A stretch of 64,000 nucleotides of DNA from Candidatus Levyibacteriota bacterium (GTDB taxonomy: Bacteria; Patescibacteriota; Microgenomatia; Levybacterales; UBA12049), in contig JBPOIT010000005.1 in the NCBI GenBank assembly GCA_052034235.1, positions 113,698-177,697 on the forward strand. The letters are read 5' to 3'. The position numbers and the translations under genes are program-made. Positions 1-9,505 of the stretch are shown piece after piece. How positions within the stretch are numbered: the stretch's first letter is position 1; every line of letters begins with the position of its first letter. Below the pieces are notes generated by a model that was given only the letters and a program-made list of their open reading frames with translations, did not search any database and was not told the DNA's origin.

Positions 1-1407
1 ATTATATGCATTTCTTCTTTCGTATTTGTTTTTAAGCTCTTCAATTTTATCAATCATCATATACAAGGAGCTTACTTTTGAAACATCCTGAAAATGCGTC
101 GCTTCAGCTTCTTTGTATATCTTTTCATAAATTTCTTTATAATTATGTGCATCAGCTGACAACCCCGCCAAATAAACATAATCTTCTTTTCCAAACATAG
201 TAGGTTTGTAATATGCAGCGATGAGGTAATCAAAATTAAGCACATTAACAAGTAAAAGGATTCCGAGTGTGTAGGTTATGATTTGTTTAACAAAGAGAAG
301 ATGTGCTGACTTACGATAATAATGATAAACAAAAGCTATCAATGCGCCGCTGAGCCATGTCATCGTCGTGTAACCCCATAAACGTTTTTGTGTAAAACCG
401 AAGAGGGAAGAATAATCATACACACTCTTAAATGCAACACCTATCAGAAAGAAAGCTTCAATAACGAGAAAATAAGTCAAACGAGTATTCCAAGCTTTAC
501 GACTTTTATCAAAATATGCGAGAAGAAATACGATAAATGCAACAATCGTAACCTGCGCAAAGACTTCATTGGTAAGACGGGAATTGGTATAGCCCATTCC
601 TAAAAGAGTTTCAGATGACGCAAAATAAAGCTGCATTTGTGTAATAAAGAAGATGATAAGCAGGCCAGCCATTGCAATTTTGGGGTAAAGATAATCAATC
701 GTAAACCATGATTTGAATATTTTGCTTTCTGGACGCTTTAGCGTTAATGTCAGTAATCTCGGAATAAAAAACGCCAGCCCAGCAAAAAGTACAAGGCGTA
801 AAAAATAAATTTCAATTGTTTCCCCAAACAGCAATTTGGATAGCCACTCAAAATTCAAAGTATGAAGTATATTCTGCACTAAGGCATTGAAAAAAGGATT
901 TGCGGAAGACAAAAGTGGAATCGTTATAAGGATAACTAACCCAGTTACGAGTGCGGTTGGGAAATACTTTTTAAAGTAGCTTGATGGATCATATTTTACC
1001 GGAATGCGAAATGAATATGGAAAAATAGTTTTTGCTAAAAGCGTATTCATAAATACACTAAAAGGCGAAAAGAGAATTCGAAAAACTCCATGCTCTTCAA
1101 GGATCGGACTTACTAGGAGTGATCCAAAAAATATAATAAAGACAAAATTTAAAAACTGAATAACATCATTTGCCCAAATAAGTGTACTAAGCGAAAGTAA
1201 TACAATTCCTCCATAGAGGATAAAATCAAGCCAGGATGTATCTTTACGAAGGAAATAGATAAGAGAACTTGTTGCTACAGCAAAGATAAAGAAAGCTACG
1301 AAAGGGAATCCGTTGAGTACTGGAAGTGCTAACCACGAGACAATCAAACTGATAATCAGCGAAAAGACAGGCATTCTAGGCATAAGCCTCGCGGCCAAAG
1401 ATTTCAT
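1..1407 (-). CDS. DUF4153/DUF4173-like polytopic membrane protein (3' end runs off window)
   Basis: Not in ORF track; manual translation from ATG 1407 (MKSLAARLMPRMPVFSLIISL...) stays open to base 1, many TM segments, motifs GFTQKRL and DYVYLAGLSADA typical of the family. Confidence 0.7.
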   Translation of the reverse strand, partial: MKSLAARLMPRMPVFSLIISLIVSWLALPVLNGFPFVAFFIFAVATSSLIYFLRKDTSWLDFILYGGIVLLSLSTLIWANDVIQFLNFVFIIFFGSLLVSPILEEHGVFRILFSPFSVFMNTLLAKTIFPYSFRIPVKYDPSSYFKKYFPTALVTGLVILITIPLLSSANPFFNALVQNILHTLNFEWLSKLLFGETIEIYFLRLVLFAGLAFFIPRLLTLTLKRPESKIFKSWFTIDYLYPKIAMAGLLIIFFITQMQLYFASSETLLGMGYTNSRLTNEVFAQVTIVAFIVFLLAYFDKSRKAWNTRLTYFLVIEAFFLIGVAFKSVYDYSSLFGFTQKRLWGYTTMTWLSGALIAFVYHYYRKSAHLLFVKQIITYTLGILLLVNVLNFDYLIAAYYKPTMFGKEDYVYLAGLSADAHNYKEIYEKIYKEAEATHFQDVSKVSSLYMMIDKIEELKNKYERRNAYN

Positions 1408-1512
1408 AAACGCTCGGCAGTAATTATATCACGTTGATGCAAATTGTTCAGAAATATAAATAGAGAAAAAAAGCACTTATTACAGATATATACCAGATGC
1501 TATAATACAAAC

Positions 1513-2709
1513 ATGATAAAACATCGGATTGCGTTTAATCCTGTGGTTGATTGGCGGTTTGATTTACTCAAGGCTGACGGTGCTTTTCTGTGGGATACGA
1601 ATGGTAAAGAATATATTGATTTTACAAGTGGATGGAACACTACTAATCTCGGTTGGAATAACAAGGAAATAAATGAAGCTGTTGCAGTTCAGGCAAAGAA
1701 GAACGTCTATGCACCAATGTGGACAGCAGACGAAATTCAAATCACCTACGCAGAAGCATTGACGAATGCATTCCCTGCAGAACTTGATGTCATTTGTCGA
1801 GCGACAGGAGGAACTGAAGCCAATGAAATGGCAATGAAAATCGCCCGTGCTGTGACAGGAAGACAAGAAATTATCAGTTTTCAAAACACCTATCATGGAC
1901 AATCATTCGGCACACTTTCACTAGGTTATAATCCTGATTATGTTAAGAAAATCGCACCATTACTTCCAAAAATAAACCCAATCCACTATCCACAGAATAA
2001 TTTGGATGCATTTTTAGATGACCTTGAAACAAAGCTTAAATCAGAAAACATAGCAGCGGTTTTTACAGAAGCCGGAATGATTACAGGATGGGGCTCGATG
2101 CTAATTGCTCCTATAGGATATCTCAAGGGCGTAAGAAAACTAACAGAAAAATACGGTACGTTGTTAATTGTTGATGAAGTAGGTACTGGCTTTAGCAGAA
2201 CCGGAAAACTCTTCGCTATTGAGCATGAAAACGTTATTCCGGACATCGTAACACTAGCAAAAGGGATTTCAAACGGTGCAGGTGCAATAGGAGCAACCAT
2301 AACCAAATCCAAATTGTTAGAACCAAACCAAAATTTGCCGAAGTTAACCTCAACTTTTGGCTGGACTCCTCTTGCCTGTGCTGCTGCTTTAAAAACGCTT
2401 GAGATTCATCAAAGAGATTCTGTTTGGGAACAATCTGCAAAGAAAGGAGAACTCGTTAAAACACTCCTTAAAAAAGCTCAAAACGAAGGAGCTAACATCA
2501 AAAATATTCGGGGACAAGGCCTTGAGATTGCTTTTGATAGTGAAGTCAGTTATGACAAGATTATTCAAACCGCTGCAGAAAAAGGTGTCCATATCGCCAA
2601 CGCAGGCGAATGCATCCAACTCATGCCCCCACTCACAACTTCAAATGAAATTCTCATTGAGGGAGTTACGACACTTACTACTGTTATTACAAACTTACAA
2701 AGCAATTGA
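1513..2709 (+). CDS. Class III PLP-dependent aminotransferase (ArgD/GabT-like)
   Basis: GKEYIDFTSG, GTEANE, YHGQS, DEVGTGFSRTG, PLP lysine in TLAKG; start set at ATG 1513, 6 nt after TGCTATAAT. Confidence 0.9.
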   Translation: MIKHRIAFNPVVDWRFDLLKADGAFLWDTNGKEYIDFTSGWNTTNLGWNNKEINEAVAVQAKKNVYAPMWTADEIQITYAEALTNAFPAELDVICRATGGTEANEMAMKIARAVTGRQEIISFQNTYHGQSFGTLSLGYNPDYVKKIAPLLPKINPIHYPQNNLDAFLDDLETKLKSENIAAVFTEAGMITGWGSMLIAPIGYLKGVRKLTEKYGTLLIVDEVGTGFSRTGKLFAIEHENVIPDIVTLAKGISNGAGAIGATITKSKLLEPNQNLPKLTSTFGWTPLACAAALKTLEIHQRDSVWEQSAKKGELVKTLLKKAQNEGANIKNIRGQGLEIAFDSEVSYDKIIQTAAEKGVHIANAGECIQLMPPLTTSNEILIEGVTTLTTVITNLQSN

Positions 2710-2817
2710 AAATTGTTATAAAGGCCTCGTAATTATTCTAATGTTCGTTTCCTTTGCCCTTAACTCACTAATCACTGGTGATTCAGCAAGCTCATGTATA
2801 GTTTATAATGTACTTAT

Positions 2818-3378
2818 ATGAAATCAGTTGCAATTTTATATGGATTGGCTGAAGGGCCTCGGGTGAGTAAGCGGCTTACTGAGCTGCTTCGAAAGCATGA
2901 TTTTAGTATTACTACCGATGTACAGAACGCTGATGTTATTATTGCTCATTCGGGAGGTGTGTATTTTGTTCCAAAAAAATCAAAAGCGAAAACAGTGCTT
3001 CTTGTAGGCGCAAGTATGGGATTTGAAGGATCACTCCTTTTGCTGCAAAGCCGAAAAATAAAGATCGACTTTCTCTACTGTTTAAAAACAAACCACTATC
3101 ACTATTGGTTTTATAAGTCATTTTGGAATGCGATCTATTTACTTACCAAACAACAGTACAATTGGGCAATGCATAAACATGCACTCGTTAATAAAACGCT
3201 CTTGCCAGAAATTCTTGTGCCAAAAGTCTTTGTGATTACCTATGATGATGATCCCTGGTCTGGAAATATAAAAAAGACAGAAATGCAGAAATTTCCTCAT
3301 TATACGTATATCAGGAAAGTCGGAGTTCATGATGATTTGTGGATTAATCCTGAAAAATATTTAGAGTACTTAGTGTAG
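2818..3378 (+). CDS. Small alpha/beta-hydrolase-like protein
   Basis: IIAHSGG nucleophile-elbow-like motif, DDPW and C-terminal GVHDD. Confidence 0.5.
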   Translation: MKSVAILYGLAEGPRVSKRLTELLRKHDFSITTDVQNADVIIAHSGGVYFVPKKSKAKTVLLVGASMGFEGSLLLLQSRKIKIDFLYCLKTNHYHYWFYKSFWNAIYLLTKQQYNWAMHKHALVNKTLLPEILVPKVFVITYDDDPWSGNIKKTEMQKFPHYTYIRKVGVHDDLWINPEKYLEYLV

Positions 3379-3383
3379 TTTTT

Positions 3384-5345
3384 TTAGTTTACATCCTCGG
3401 ATTCAACCTCTGAAGAACTTTCTTCTTGATAACTATCTTCAGCTGGCGTGTACTCTTCGGGTGCTGAATGTGTATCTTCGTAAGAATCTGCTGGATCAGA
3501 CGTATTTTCATCATACATAATTTCACTTTGCTGGTCTGATTCCTCTCCACCTACTTCATAGTTACCACTATCTCCTTCTTGCTCTGGTTCAGGTGTCATT
3601 TCAATATACATCTGCATATCGTCATATTCAGGTTCGTCATAATCTTGAGATTGAACCGTTCCAATCTTTTCGGCAATCGTATAACTCTCATCAAGTGCTT
3701 TGTCTATTTGACTTGAAAGCTCGGCATGTTTACTGTCACAATCGTCGCCTCCCATTTCCAAACATGCGATATAAACAGCTTCGTTCATTTCCCTAGCATA
3801 CATTTCATTTTCATCTGCCCTCTTTTTCATGCTTTCTTCATCAAGGCCATCAAATCCTACAGCTTTCATCATTGCAAGTCCAAATGCAGCCCATACCTGT
3901 TCCTTAATAATTTCTTCCTCATCAATCGTTGTTCCTTCTCCATAATCTTCAGGTGAAGTTTTTGGTTCTTCTGGCGGCGCTGGGGGCGTCTCTCCATTAC
4001 CATTTCCCTCTGACCCTTCAATGCGATCTAACAATCGTTTTTCCAATTTTTGAGCAGTTGCTCCTTCAATACCAAATGCTTGAAGTTTTTGTAATTCTAA
4101 GGCAGCTTCAATATCAGTTGAATTTGGATCTTCCGCAACTTTTTTAGCTTCTTCTTCAGCAATTTTTCGAGCTTGTCCCATCAATGCTTCATCGAGCTGA
4201 GATTCTTCATCAATACCCAGGAATTGGAGATCCTGAAGTGCAGTAATTGTGTCTTTTAATGAAGCATTCTTGTCATTTAAAACTCTCTCAGCAGCTTGTG
4301 CCACGAGGTTTTTGGCTTTGACCATACAGTTTTCGCCTATTGCATCATGCCCCATAAATTGAGCTGTTTTTGCATAAGCAACATACTGTTCAACTGAGAG
4401 ATTATCTGATTTACAGGCAGTTATAAAGAATCCTTCAGTTGATTCGATCGCATGTGCAGTTCCGATAAATGAAATTTTAGAATCGTTTAACAATTTCTGA
4501 GCAACAAGTGCTGCATAAATTTCTGAAACTGGAGGGTTTTTCTTGGAAAGTATTTTAGCTGCTGCTCCTTCTGCTTTTGCTCTCATTTCTTTTGACAATT
4601 TTTCTTTGTTACTTAAAAGAGCATTTGTTGCTTCCAAAATACTGATCGAGTTTATTTTTTCTTTACTAAACGCATGTTTGGCCCATGCAATTTGTTTATC
4701 CGTTTCAGTTGTAAAGACATATCCACCTCCACCTAGGACACGAGCACGAAGCTGAATACTTGTTTCAAGCTCTCTCGCTACTAAAACCGGAATAAGTTCC
4801 GTTGCGTCTTTATCGAGCGTCAAAACCTGAGATGTTCCAGAATATCGAATAGTTTTATCCTTTTGATTTTTTGGTGCATCAGTTCTAAATTGACTTTCTG
4901 AAAGATCAAAAAGAAGGGTGACTGGATGATTAAAAGTAACTGAAGCTGGACTAATAATTACACCTGCACTTGGATCAGTTGTCTTATTGTTGTAATAATA
5001 TGGAATCATATCAACCGTTTGTTTCTTTGCGATTGCACCTTTAGGAACAATAAGTGAAATTTTCACTTTTTCTCTCGTGGTAACCTGCATAACCGTGTCT
5101 TTAGCAGGATCAATTGTTAACCGTCTCGCACGCGCCATATCAGGACTAGGTTTGGTAATCGCAATTTTCTCTACAAAAGGATTAACCGCCTGGAGTGTTT
5201 TAGATTTTGAAAGGAGGAAAAAACCCGTTCCAGCTAGAATCAAAATGCCAATTACTATGAAAAGTATCTTGAGGTTAGAAAAGCCTTTACGAAGCTTTTT
5301 AGGTGAAACTTTTCTCTTAACAACTCGTTTTGTTTTTTTAACCAT
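3384..5345 (-). CDS. Membrane-anchored surface protein, ZU5-like domain, helical region, acidic tail
   Basis: Basic N-terminus + single TM; SLIVPKGAI...ISPASVTFNHPVTL resembles ZU5; E/D-rich C-terminus. Confidence 0.55.
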   Translation of the reverse strand: MVKKTKRVVKRKVSPKKLRKGFSNLKILFIVIGILILAGTGFFLLSKSKTLQAVNPFVEKIAITKPSPDMARARRLTIDPAKDTVMQVTTREKVKISLIVPKGAIAKKQTVDMIPYYYNNKTTDPSAGVIISPASVTFNHPVTLLFDLSESQFRTDAPKNQKDKTIRYSGTSQVLTLDKDATELIPVLVARELETSIQLRARVLGGGGYVFTTETDKQIAWAKHAFSKEKINSISILEATNALLSNKEKLSKEMRAKAEGAAAKILSKKNPPVSEIYAALVAQKLLNDSKISFIGTAHAIESTEGFFITACKSDNLSVEQYVAYAKTAQFMGHDAIGENCMVKAKNLVAQAAERVLNDKNASLKDTITALQDLQFLGIDEESQLDEALMGQARKIAEEEAKKVAEDPNSTDIEAALELQKLQAFGIEGATAQKLEKRLLDRIEGSEGNGNGETPPAPPEEPKTSPEDYGEGTTIDEEEIIKEQVWAAFGLAMMKAVGFDGLDEESMKKRADENEMYAREMNEAVYIACLEMGGDDCDSKHAELSSQIDKALDESYTIAEKIGTVQSQDYDEPEYDDMQMYIEMTPEPEQEGDSGNYEVGGEESDQQSEIMYDENTSDPADSYEDTHSAPEEYTPAEDSYQEESSSEVESEDVN

Positions 5346-5487
5346 AAAATTTATTGTTCAGATTAATCAAATCAATATACGAGTTTATTGTCAAGTAGAA
5401 TTATAGATATGTCGAATATGCTTATATGAATAAATTTTCACTTATGCTTATAAGTATCGTCTGCTATAATGAGCTTACATTTTGCTA

Positions 5488-6651
5488 ATGAGTACATCCA
5501 AAAGGACATTTTCGTTCGAACAACTATTGGAGGCACTAAAACGCGAGGTTTATTTTCCAAATTACACAATTAAAGGTTATATCTTCAGATATACCTCCGC
5601 GCTGCTTATTACCTCATCCCTCTTTCTTCTCAGCGTGCTCTTTAAATCTGAATCCCTGTCATCACTACTCCTCGTGCTCGCAATCGTTTCAACGGCTTGG
5701 ATCGGAGGACTTGGTTCTGCACTTTTTTCTGCTTTGTTATCCATTGGCTTTCTGTATGTTTTGTTCTTTTTTCCTATAAATCCATCAATAACCTTTTTTC
5801 TTGAATCAATAATTTTACTCATGACAGCAACGATTGCCGGTATGAGTATTTTCTATTCCAAAAAAATTGACCAGCTAGCAAGATTTCATCTAAAAGAAAA
5901 AGAATTTGAAAAAACTGTTGCCGCAATGCAGGAAGAAAATCTTAAACTTAAAACAGAAATCAGATCTCGTGATGAATTTCTCTCAATTGCATCACACGAA
6001 TTAAAAACTCCTTTGACAGCAACACTTCTCAAACTGCAAATTGCACTGCATAATATCCGTAATACATCACTTGCTAATTTTTCAGTCCAAAACTTAATGG
6101 ACATGCTTTTGAGCTCTGAACAACAAACACAAAGGCTTTCTAAAATGATTGGTGATTTATTAAACGTTTCTCTCATGAGAACAGGCCGGATGGAACTTGA
6201 TATTGAAAAAGCAGACCTCACTATCATTACAAAAGATGTGATAGAAGGATTGATTGAAAAAGCGACACGCGAAGATATCGATATTCGGCTCAATTCAAAT
6301 GGTGAAGTGAGCGGCAAATTTGACAAAATGCGCATCGAACAAGTACTTATCAATCTTTTAACAAACGCTATGAAATACGGCGGTAAAAAGCCAATTGATG
6401 TGAAAGTTGAACAAGAAAATAATATCGGAAAAGTAAGCGTGACTGATTATGGAATTGGTATACCAGCCAAACAAAAAGAAAAAATATTTGAACTTTTTGA
6501 ACGCGGCGTGCACGACGGACAAAGAAATGGTTTAGGAGTTGGATTATATATAACGAACCAAATAGTGAAAGCCCACAAAGGCAAATTGCATTTGGACAGC
6601 AAAGAAGGAAAAGGCTCTACGTTTTGTTTGGAACTGCCTCTAAACTCATAA
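5488..6651 (+). CDS. Sensor histidine kinase (DUF4118-like TM + HisKA + HATPase)
   Basis: H-box SHELKTPLT, N-box NLLTNAMKY, DYGIGI, GLGVGL; no response regulator adjacent. Confidence 0.92.
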   Translation: MSTSKRTFSFEQLLEALKREVYFPNYTIKGYIFRYTSALLITSSLFLLSVLFKSESLSSLLLVLAIVSTAWIGGLGSALFSALLSIGFLYVLFFFPINPSITFFLESIILLMTATIAGMSIFYSKKIDQLARFHLKEKEFEKTVAAMQEENLKLKTEIRSRDEFLSIASHELKTPLTATLLKLQIALHNIRNTSLANFSVQNLMDMLLSSEQQTQRLSKMIGDLLNVSLMRTGRMELDIEKADLTIITKDVIEGLIEKATREDIDIRLNSNGEVSGKFDKMRIEQVLINLLTNAMKYGGKKPIDVKVEQENNIGKVSVTDYGIGIPAKQKEKIFELFERGVHDGQRNGLGVGLYITNQIVKAHKGKLHLDSKEGKGSTFCLELPLNS

Positions 6652-6670
6652 AATATCGTATAATAAAACT

Positions 6671-7060
6671 ATGAAACCACTATACACATTAAACGGAATT
6701 GTTCAGCATGGGAATAAGCGCGGTAAGGAGATGGGATTCCCAACAATTAATCTACAAACAGAACTCAATAGTACTGATGGACTTTATCTATCACAAACGC
6801 TGGTGCAAAATACCTGGTATAACTCACTCACTTTTATCGGTGTTGCTAAAACGTTTAATGCAAAAGATTACCTGGCTGAAACTTTTATTTTAGATTTCAA
6901 TAAAGACATATATGGTGAATCAGTTACTGTTACGATATTGAAAAAGCTCAGAGGCAATGTGAAATTCGCATCGGTGCCAGAACTTGTTGAGCAAATGAAA
7001 CTTGACGAAAAAGCTGCACGGGAATTTTTCTTATCTTTTTCTCATAAAACACAGGTATAA
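6671..7060 (+). CDS. Stand-alone riboflavin kinase (RibF C-terminal domain only)
   Basis: HGNKRGKEMGFPTIN, ETFILDFNKDIYG, LRGNVKF; 129 aa, no FAD-synthetase domain. Confidence 0.88.
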   Translation: MKPLYTLNGIVQHGNKRGKEMGFPTINLQTELNSTDGLYLSQTLVQNTWYNSLTFIGVAKTFNAKDYLAETFILDFNKDIYGESVTVTILKKLRGNVKFASVPELVEQMKLDEKAAREFFLSFSHKTQV

Positions 7061-7069
7061 TGCTTCAGT

Positions 7070-7741
7070 ATGTTTCCACTTTACGATACTATACGACCAT
7101 CAAAATTTCCCTTTCTTAACTGGCTGATTGTTATCATAACAGTTTATGGTTTTTATCTTCAATTAACGACCACTGACCCGGAAGCGTTTATCACCCAATT
7201 TGCACTCATTCCCTCACTTGTTGATTTTTCAAACCCTATAACGCTTGTTCCATTTATAACCGCCATTTTCCTTCACGGCGGACTTTTGCATATCATTTCA
7301 AACATGTGGTTTCTCATTGTATTCGGAGACAATGTCAACGATTCACTCGGCTACATAGGGTTTATCCTTCTTTATTTCGCAGCGGGAATCGTTGGTAATT
7401 TTGTACAATTTATGTTTACTCCAGAATCAAGCATACCTATGCTCGGAGCATCTGGTGCTGTTGCGGGCATTTTGGGATGTTATTATGTGCTTTTTCCGCA
7501 CGCAAAAATTAAGACCCTCGTTTTTATATTCTTTTTCGTTACACTCATAGAGATCAGCGCTCCGTTGATGCTTGGTTATTGGTTTGTCCTCCAAATCTTT
7601 TCAGGAGCCGCATCAATTCCTATGCTCGGTGCAGAAGAAGGAGGCGTAGCATTTTTTGCCCATATTGCTGGTTTTGTGGTTGGATTAGTCTTTGGATATT
7701 TATACAAAAATAAAGCTCGCACTGGTGATTATTATGAATGA
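7070..7741 (+). CDS. Rhomboid intramembrane serine protease
   Basis: FLHGGLLHIISNM, GASG catalytic Ser, AHIAG catalytic His. Confidence 0.93.
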   Translation: MFPLYDTIRPSKFPFLNWLIVIITVYGFYLQLTTTDPEAFITQFALIPSLVDFSNPITLVPFITAIFLHGGLLHIISNMWFLIVFGDNVNDSLGYIGFILLYFAAGIVGNFVQFMFTPESSIPMLGASGAVAGILGCYYVLFPHAKIKTLVFIFFFVTLIEISAPLMLGYWFVLQIFSGAASIPMLGAEEGGVAFFAHIAGFVVGLVFGYLYKNKARTGDYYE

Positions 7742-7949
7742 GAACCTAGGCAAAACAATAATTGTGATGGGAGTAATACTCATCATAGTCGGTGCATTAT
7801 TTATGCTTCTTGGCAAAGGCGGACTTCCCAAATTGCCTGGAGATATTTATATTAAAAAAGATAATTTTGTTTTCTTTTTTCCCTGGGTATCCTCTATTGT
7901 TATTAGCATCGTTCTCTCCATAGTATTCTATCTATTTTTCCGCAAATAA
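7734..7949 (+). CDS. DUF2905 small membrane protein
   Basis: LPGDIYIKKDNFVFFFP motif between two TM helices; start ATG 7734 overlaps rhomboid stop. Confidence 0.85.
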   Translation: MNENLGKTIIVMGVILIIVGALFMLLGKGGLPKLPGDIYIKKDNFVFFFPWVSSIVISIVLSIVFYLFFRK

Positions 7950-7999
7950 TTCTGCCTAGTTCTCACATCTCTCTTACAATGGATGTGTATACTATTTGC

Positions 8000-8209
8000 A
8001 TGAACAAGAAGCTCGTCAGGCCACGAAAAGGAAGAATTATCGCAGGTGTTGCAAGAGGTATTTCCAATTATTTCGGCATTTCTGTTGTGCTTGTCAGAAT
8101 TATCTGGGTTCTCCTCTTCCTCCCCGGCGGAGCACCCGGCCTCATCCCTTACATCATCTTCTGGATTTTCATGCCATCAGAAGATAAAAATATAGAATCA
8201 GCTAAATAG
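8000..8209 (+). CDS. PspC domain protein
   Basis: KKLVRPRKGRIIAGVARGISNYFG...YIIFWIFMP. Confidence 0.88.
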   Translation: MNKKLVRPRKGRIIAGVARGISNYFGISVVLVRIIWVLLFLPGGAPGLIPYIIFWIFMPSEDKNIESAK

Positions 8210-8324
8210 CACATCAAAATCCCCTATAGTTTAGTACTTTAAAAAATTGATCAAAATTGCTATACTTAACACTTCCTAATTGAAAAAAGTTGTTATACTT
8301 GATACGCTTTTCATTAGTAAACAT

Positions 8325-8397
8325 GGTGGTTGTAGCTCAGTGGTAGAGCGTCAGTTTGTGGTACTGAAAGTCGCGGGTCCGATCCCCGTCAGCCACC
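8325..8397 (+). tRNA. tRNA-His (GTG)
   Basis: G-1 plus acceptor GTGGTTG/CAGCCAC, anticodon arm TCAGT-TTGTGGT-ACTGA, discriminator C; T-loop TCCGATC atypical; full CCA not encoded. Confidence 0.93.
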
Positions 8398-8406
8398 CAT
8401 AGAAAT

Positions 8407-8433
8407 AAAAAAGCTCCGAAAGGGGCTTTTTTT
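8407..8433 (+). terminator. Intrinsic (probably bidirectional) terminator after tRNA-His
   Basis: AAAAAAGCTCC-GAAA-GGGGCTTTTTTT. Confidence 0.8.
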
Positions 8434-8489
8434 GTGGGACGAAAAAGAATGAAAGGATATGTCATAAAACACGGAGCATAGCAATTATC

Positions 8490-9125
8490 TTATTCTTGAG
8501 ATAACTCTAAGGTTTCAGAGAGCGCTTGGCCTAATAATCGCTCCAAATGTGAATAATCCCCTTCATCAGCTTCTTGCATGGCTGTTAGATATTCATTTCT
8601 ATCTTCCTCTTTTTCTACTCGGAGTTCAATTGGCGGTAAATTAAGCTTTAGGAGAATAAAGATTGTGAGCATTCTTGCAGTTCGGCCATTGTAGTCTTGA
8701 AATGGATGGATAAATACATAGCGATGCTGAAACCATGCAAGCAACTTTACTATCTCGAGAATGAACTCATCATCATCTTTTTTAGGTAAACTTTTTAATC
8801 TCTCTTCTAAGTCATTAGATAAGTTCGTAATTAACACTGACACTTCGAAGTATGGAGGAGCTTCTTTATCGGAAAAAGTTACTTGAATTTTTCTATATTT
8901 TCCAGCCCATTGCGGAAAGATCCAACCAAACGACACATCATGAAGTATACAAATAAATTCAGGTGTAATACTCTCTTTATTCTCTGTAACTATTTTATAG
9001 ATGTATTCCAACCCTTTTTTCGTTCCTTCAATTTCAAATTGGAGTAGCTTTTCCCGCGGAATAATACCAAATGCTGTATCTTTATATGAAGTGGCACCAA
9101 TAGGCTTTGTTGATGACTGTTTCAT
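8490..9125 (-). CDS. Fic-domain protein (toxin of class I Fic pair)
   Basis: HPFQDYNGRTAR variant of HxFx(D/E)GNGRxxR; AGKYRKIQV flap. Confidence 0.9.
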   Translation of the reverse strand: MKQSSTKPIGATSYKDTAFGIIPREKLLQFEIEGTKKGLEYIYKIVTENKESITPEFICILHDVSFGWIFPQWAGKYRKIQVTFSDKEAPPYFEVSVLITNLSNDLEERLKSLPKKDDDEFILEIVKLLAWFQHRYVFIHPFQDYNGRTARMLTIFILLKLNLPPIELRVEKEEDRNEYLTAMQEADEGDYSHLERLLGQALSETLELSQE

Positions 9126-9128
9126 TCA

Positions 9129-9305
9129 TTACTTAAAGAGAGCAGAAACTTTTTTACGAGTTACACTTTCACCCTCTAATTTTGTGGTTCGGAAAATAAT
9201 TTCCGGCATAAAAGCACGGAAAAATTCCAAGACACCTTTTTTATTCTTTGTCGTACGGTATTTTTTATATGATTTTACTAGTCTTGTTTGCTCTCGTTTG
9301 CTCAT
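9129..9305 (-). CDS. Putative Fic antitoxin (58 aa, alpha-inh motif)
   Basis: Not in ORF track; MSKREQTRLVKSYKKYRTTKNKKGVLEFFRAFMPEIIFRTTKLEGESVTRKKVSALFK contains (S/T)xxxE(G/N) = TTKLEG; stop 3 nt before fic ATG; TATACT 6 nt upstream. Confidence 0.75.
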   Translation of the reverse strand: MSKREQTRLVKSYKKYRTTKNKKGVLEFFRAFMPEIIFRTTKLEGESVTRKKVSALFK

Positions 9306-9505
9306 AAGTTCAGTATAGTACTATATGCAAATTATAACAAGGTTTTGTATGAAATTGTAAAAATATCTTTTTCTTGTGAACTTAATAAACTAAAATAGGT
9401 TCGAACGTCGTTTGGTAATCTACCCCAAAAAATAAATTAAGCTCCGAAAGGGGGGGTTATAGATTTTATTTGAGGGGCAGATAGTTTGGAGTCGTATGTC
9501 GTTTT

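Larger units (their letters stand above)
8411..9453 (+). repeat. Direct repeat bracketing the Fic module (AAGCTCCGAAAGGGG at 8411-8425 and 9439-9453)
   Basis: Exact 15-mer; similarity extends upstream (ACCCATAGAAATAAA vs ACCCCAAAAAATAAA). Confidence 0.65.

Noticed and set aside
1444-1512. Upstream TTG/GTG starts given by the ORF track (also 13045, 35491, 42325, 44326, 48478, 54239, 61219)
   Set aside because: Extensions run through promoter or attenuator elements; downstream ATGs fit family N-termini
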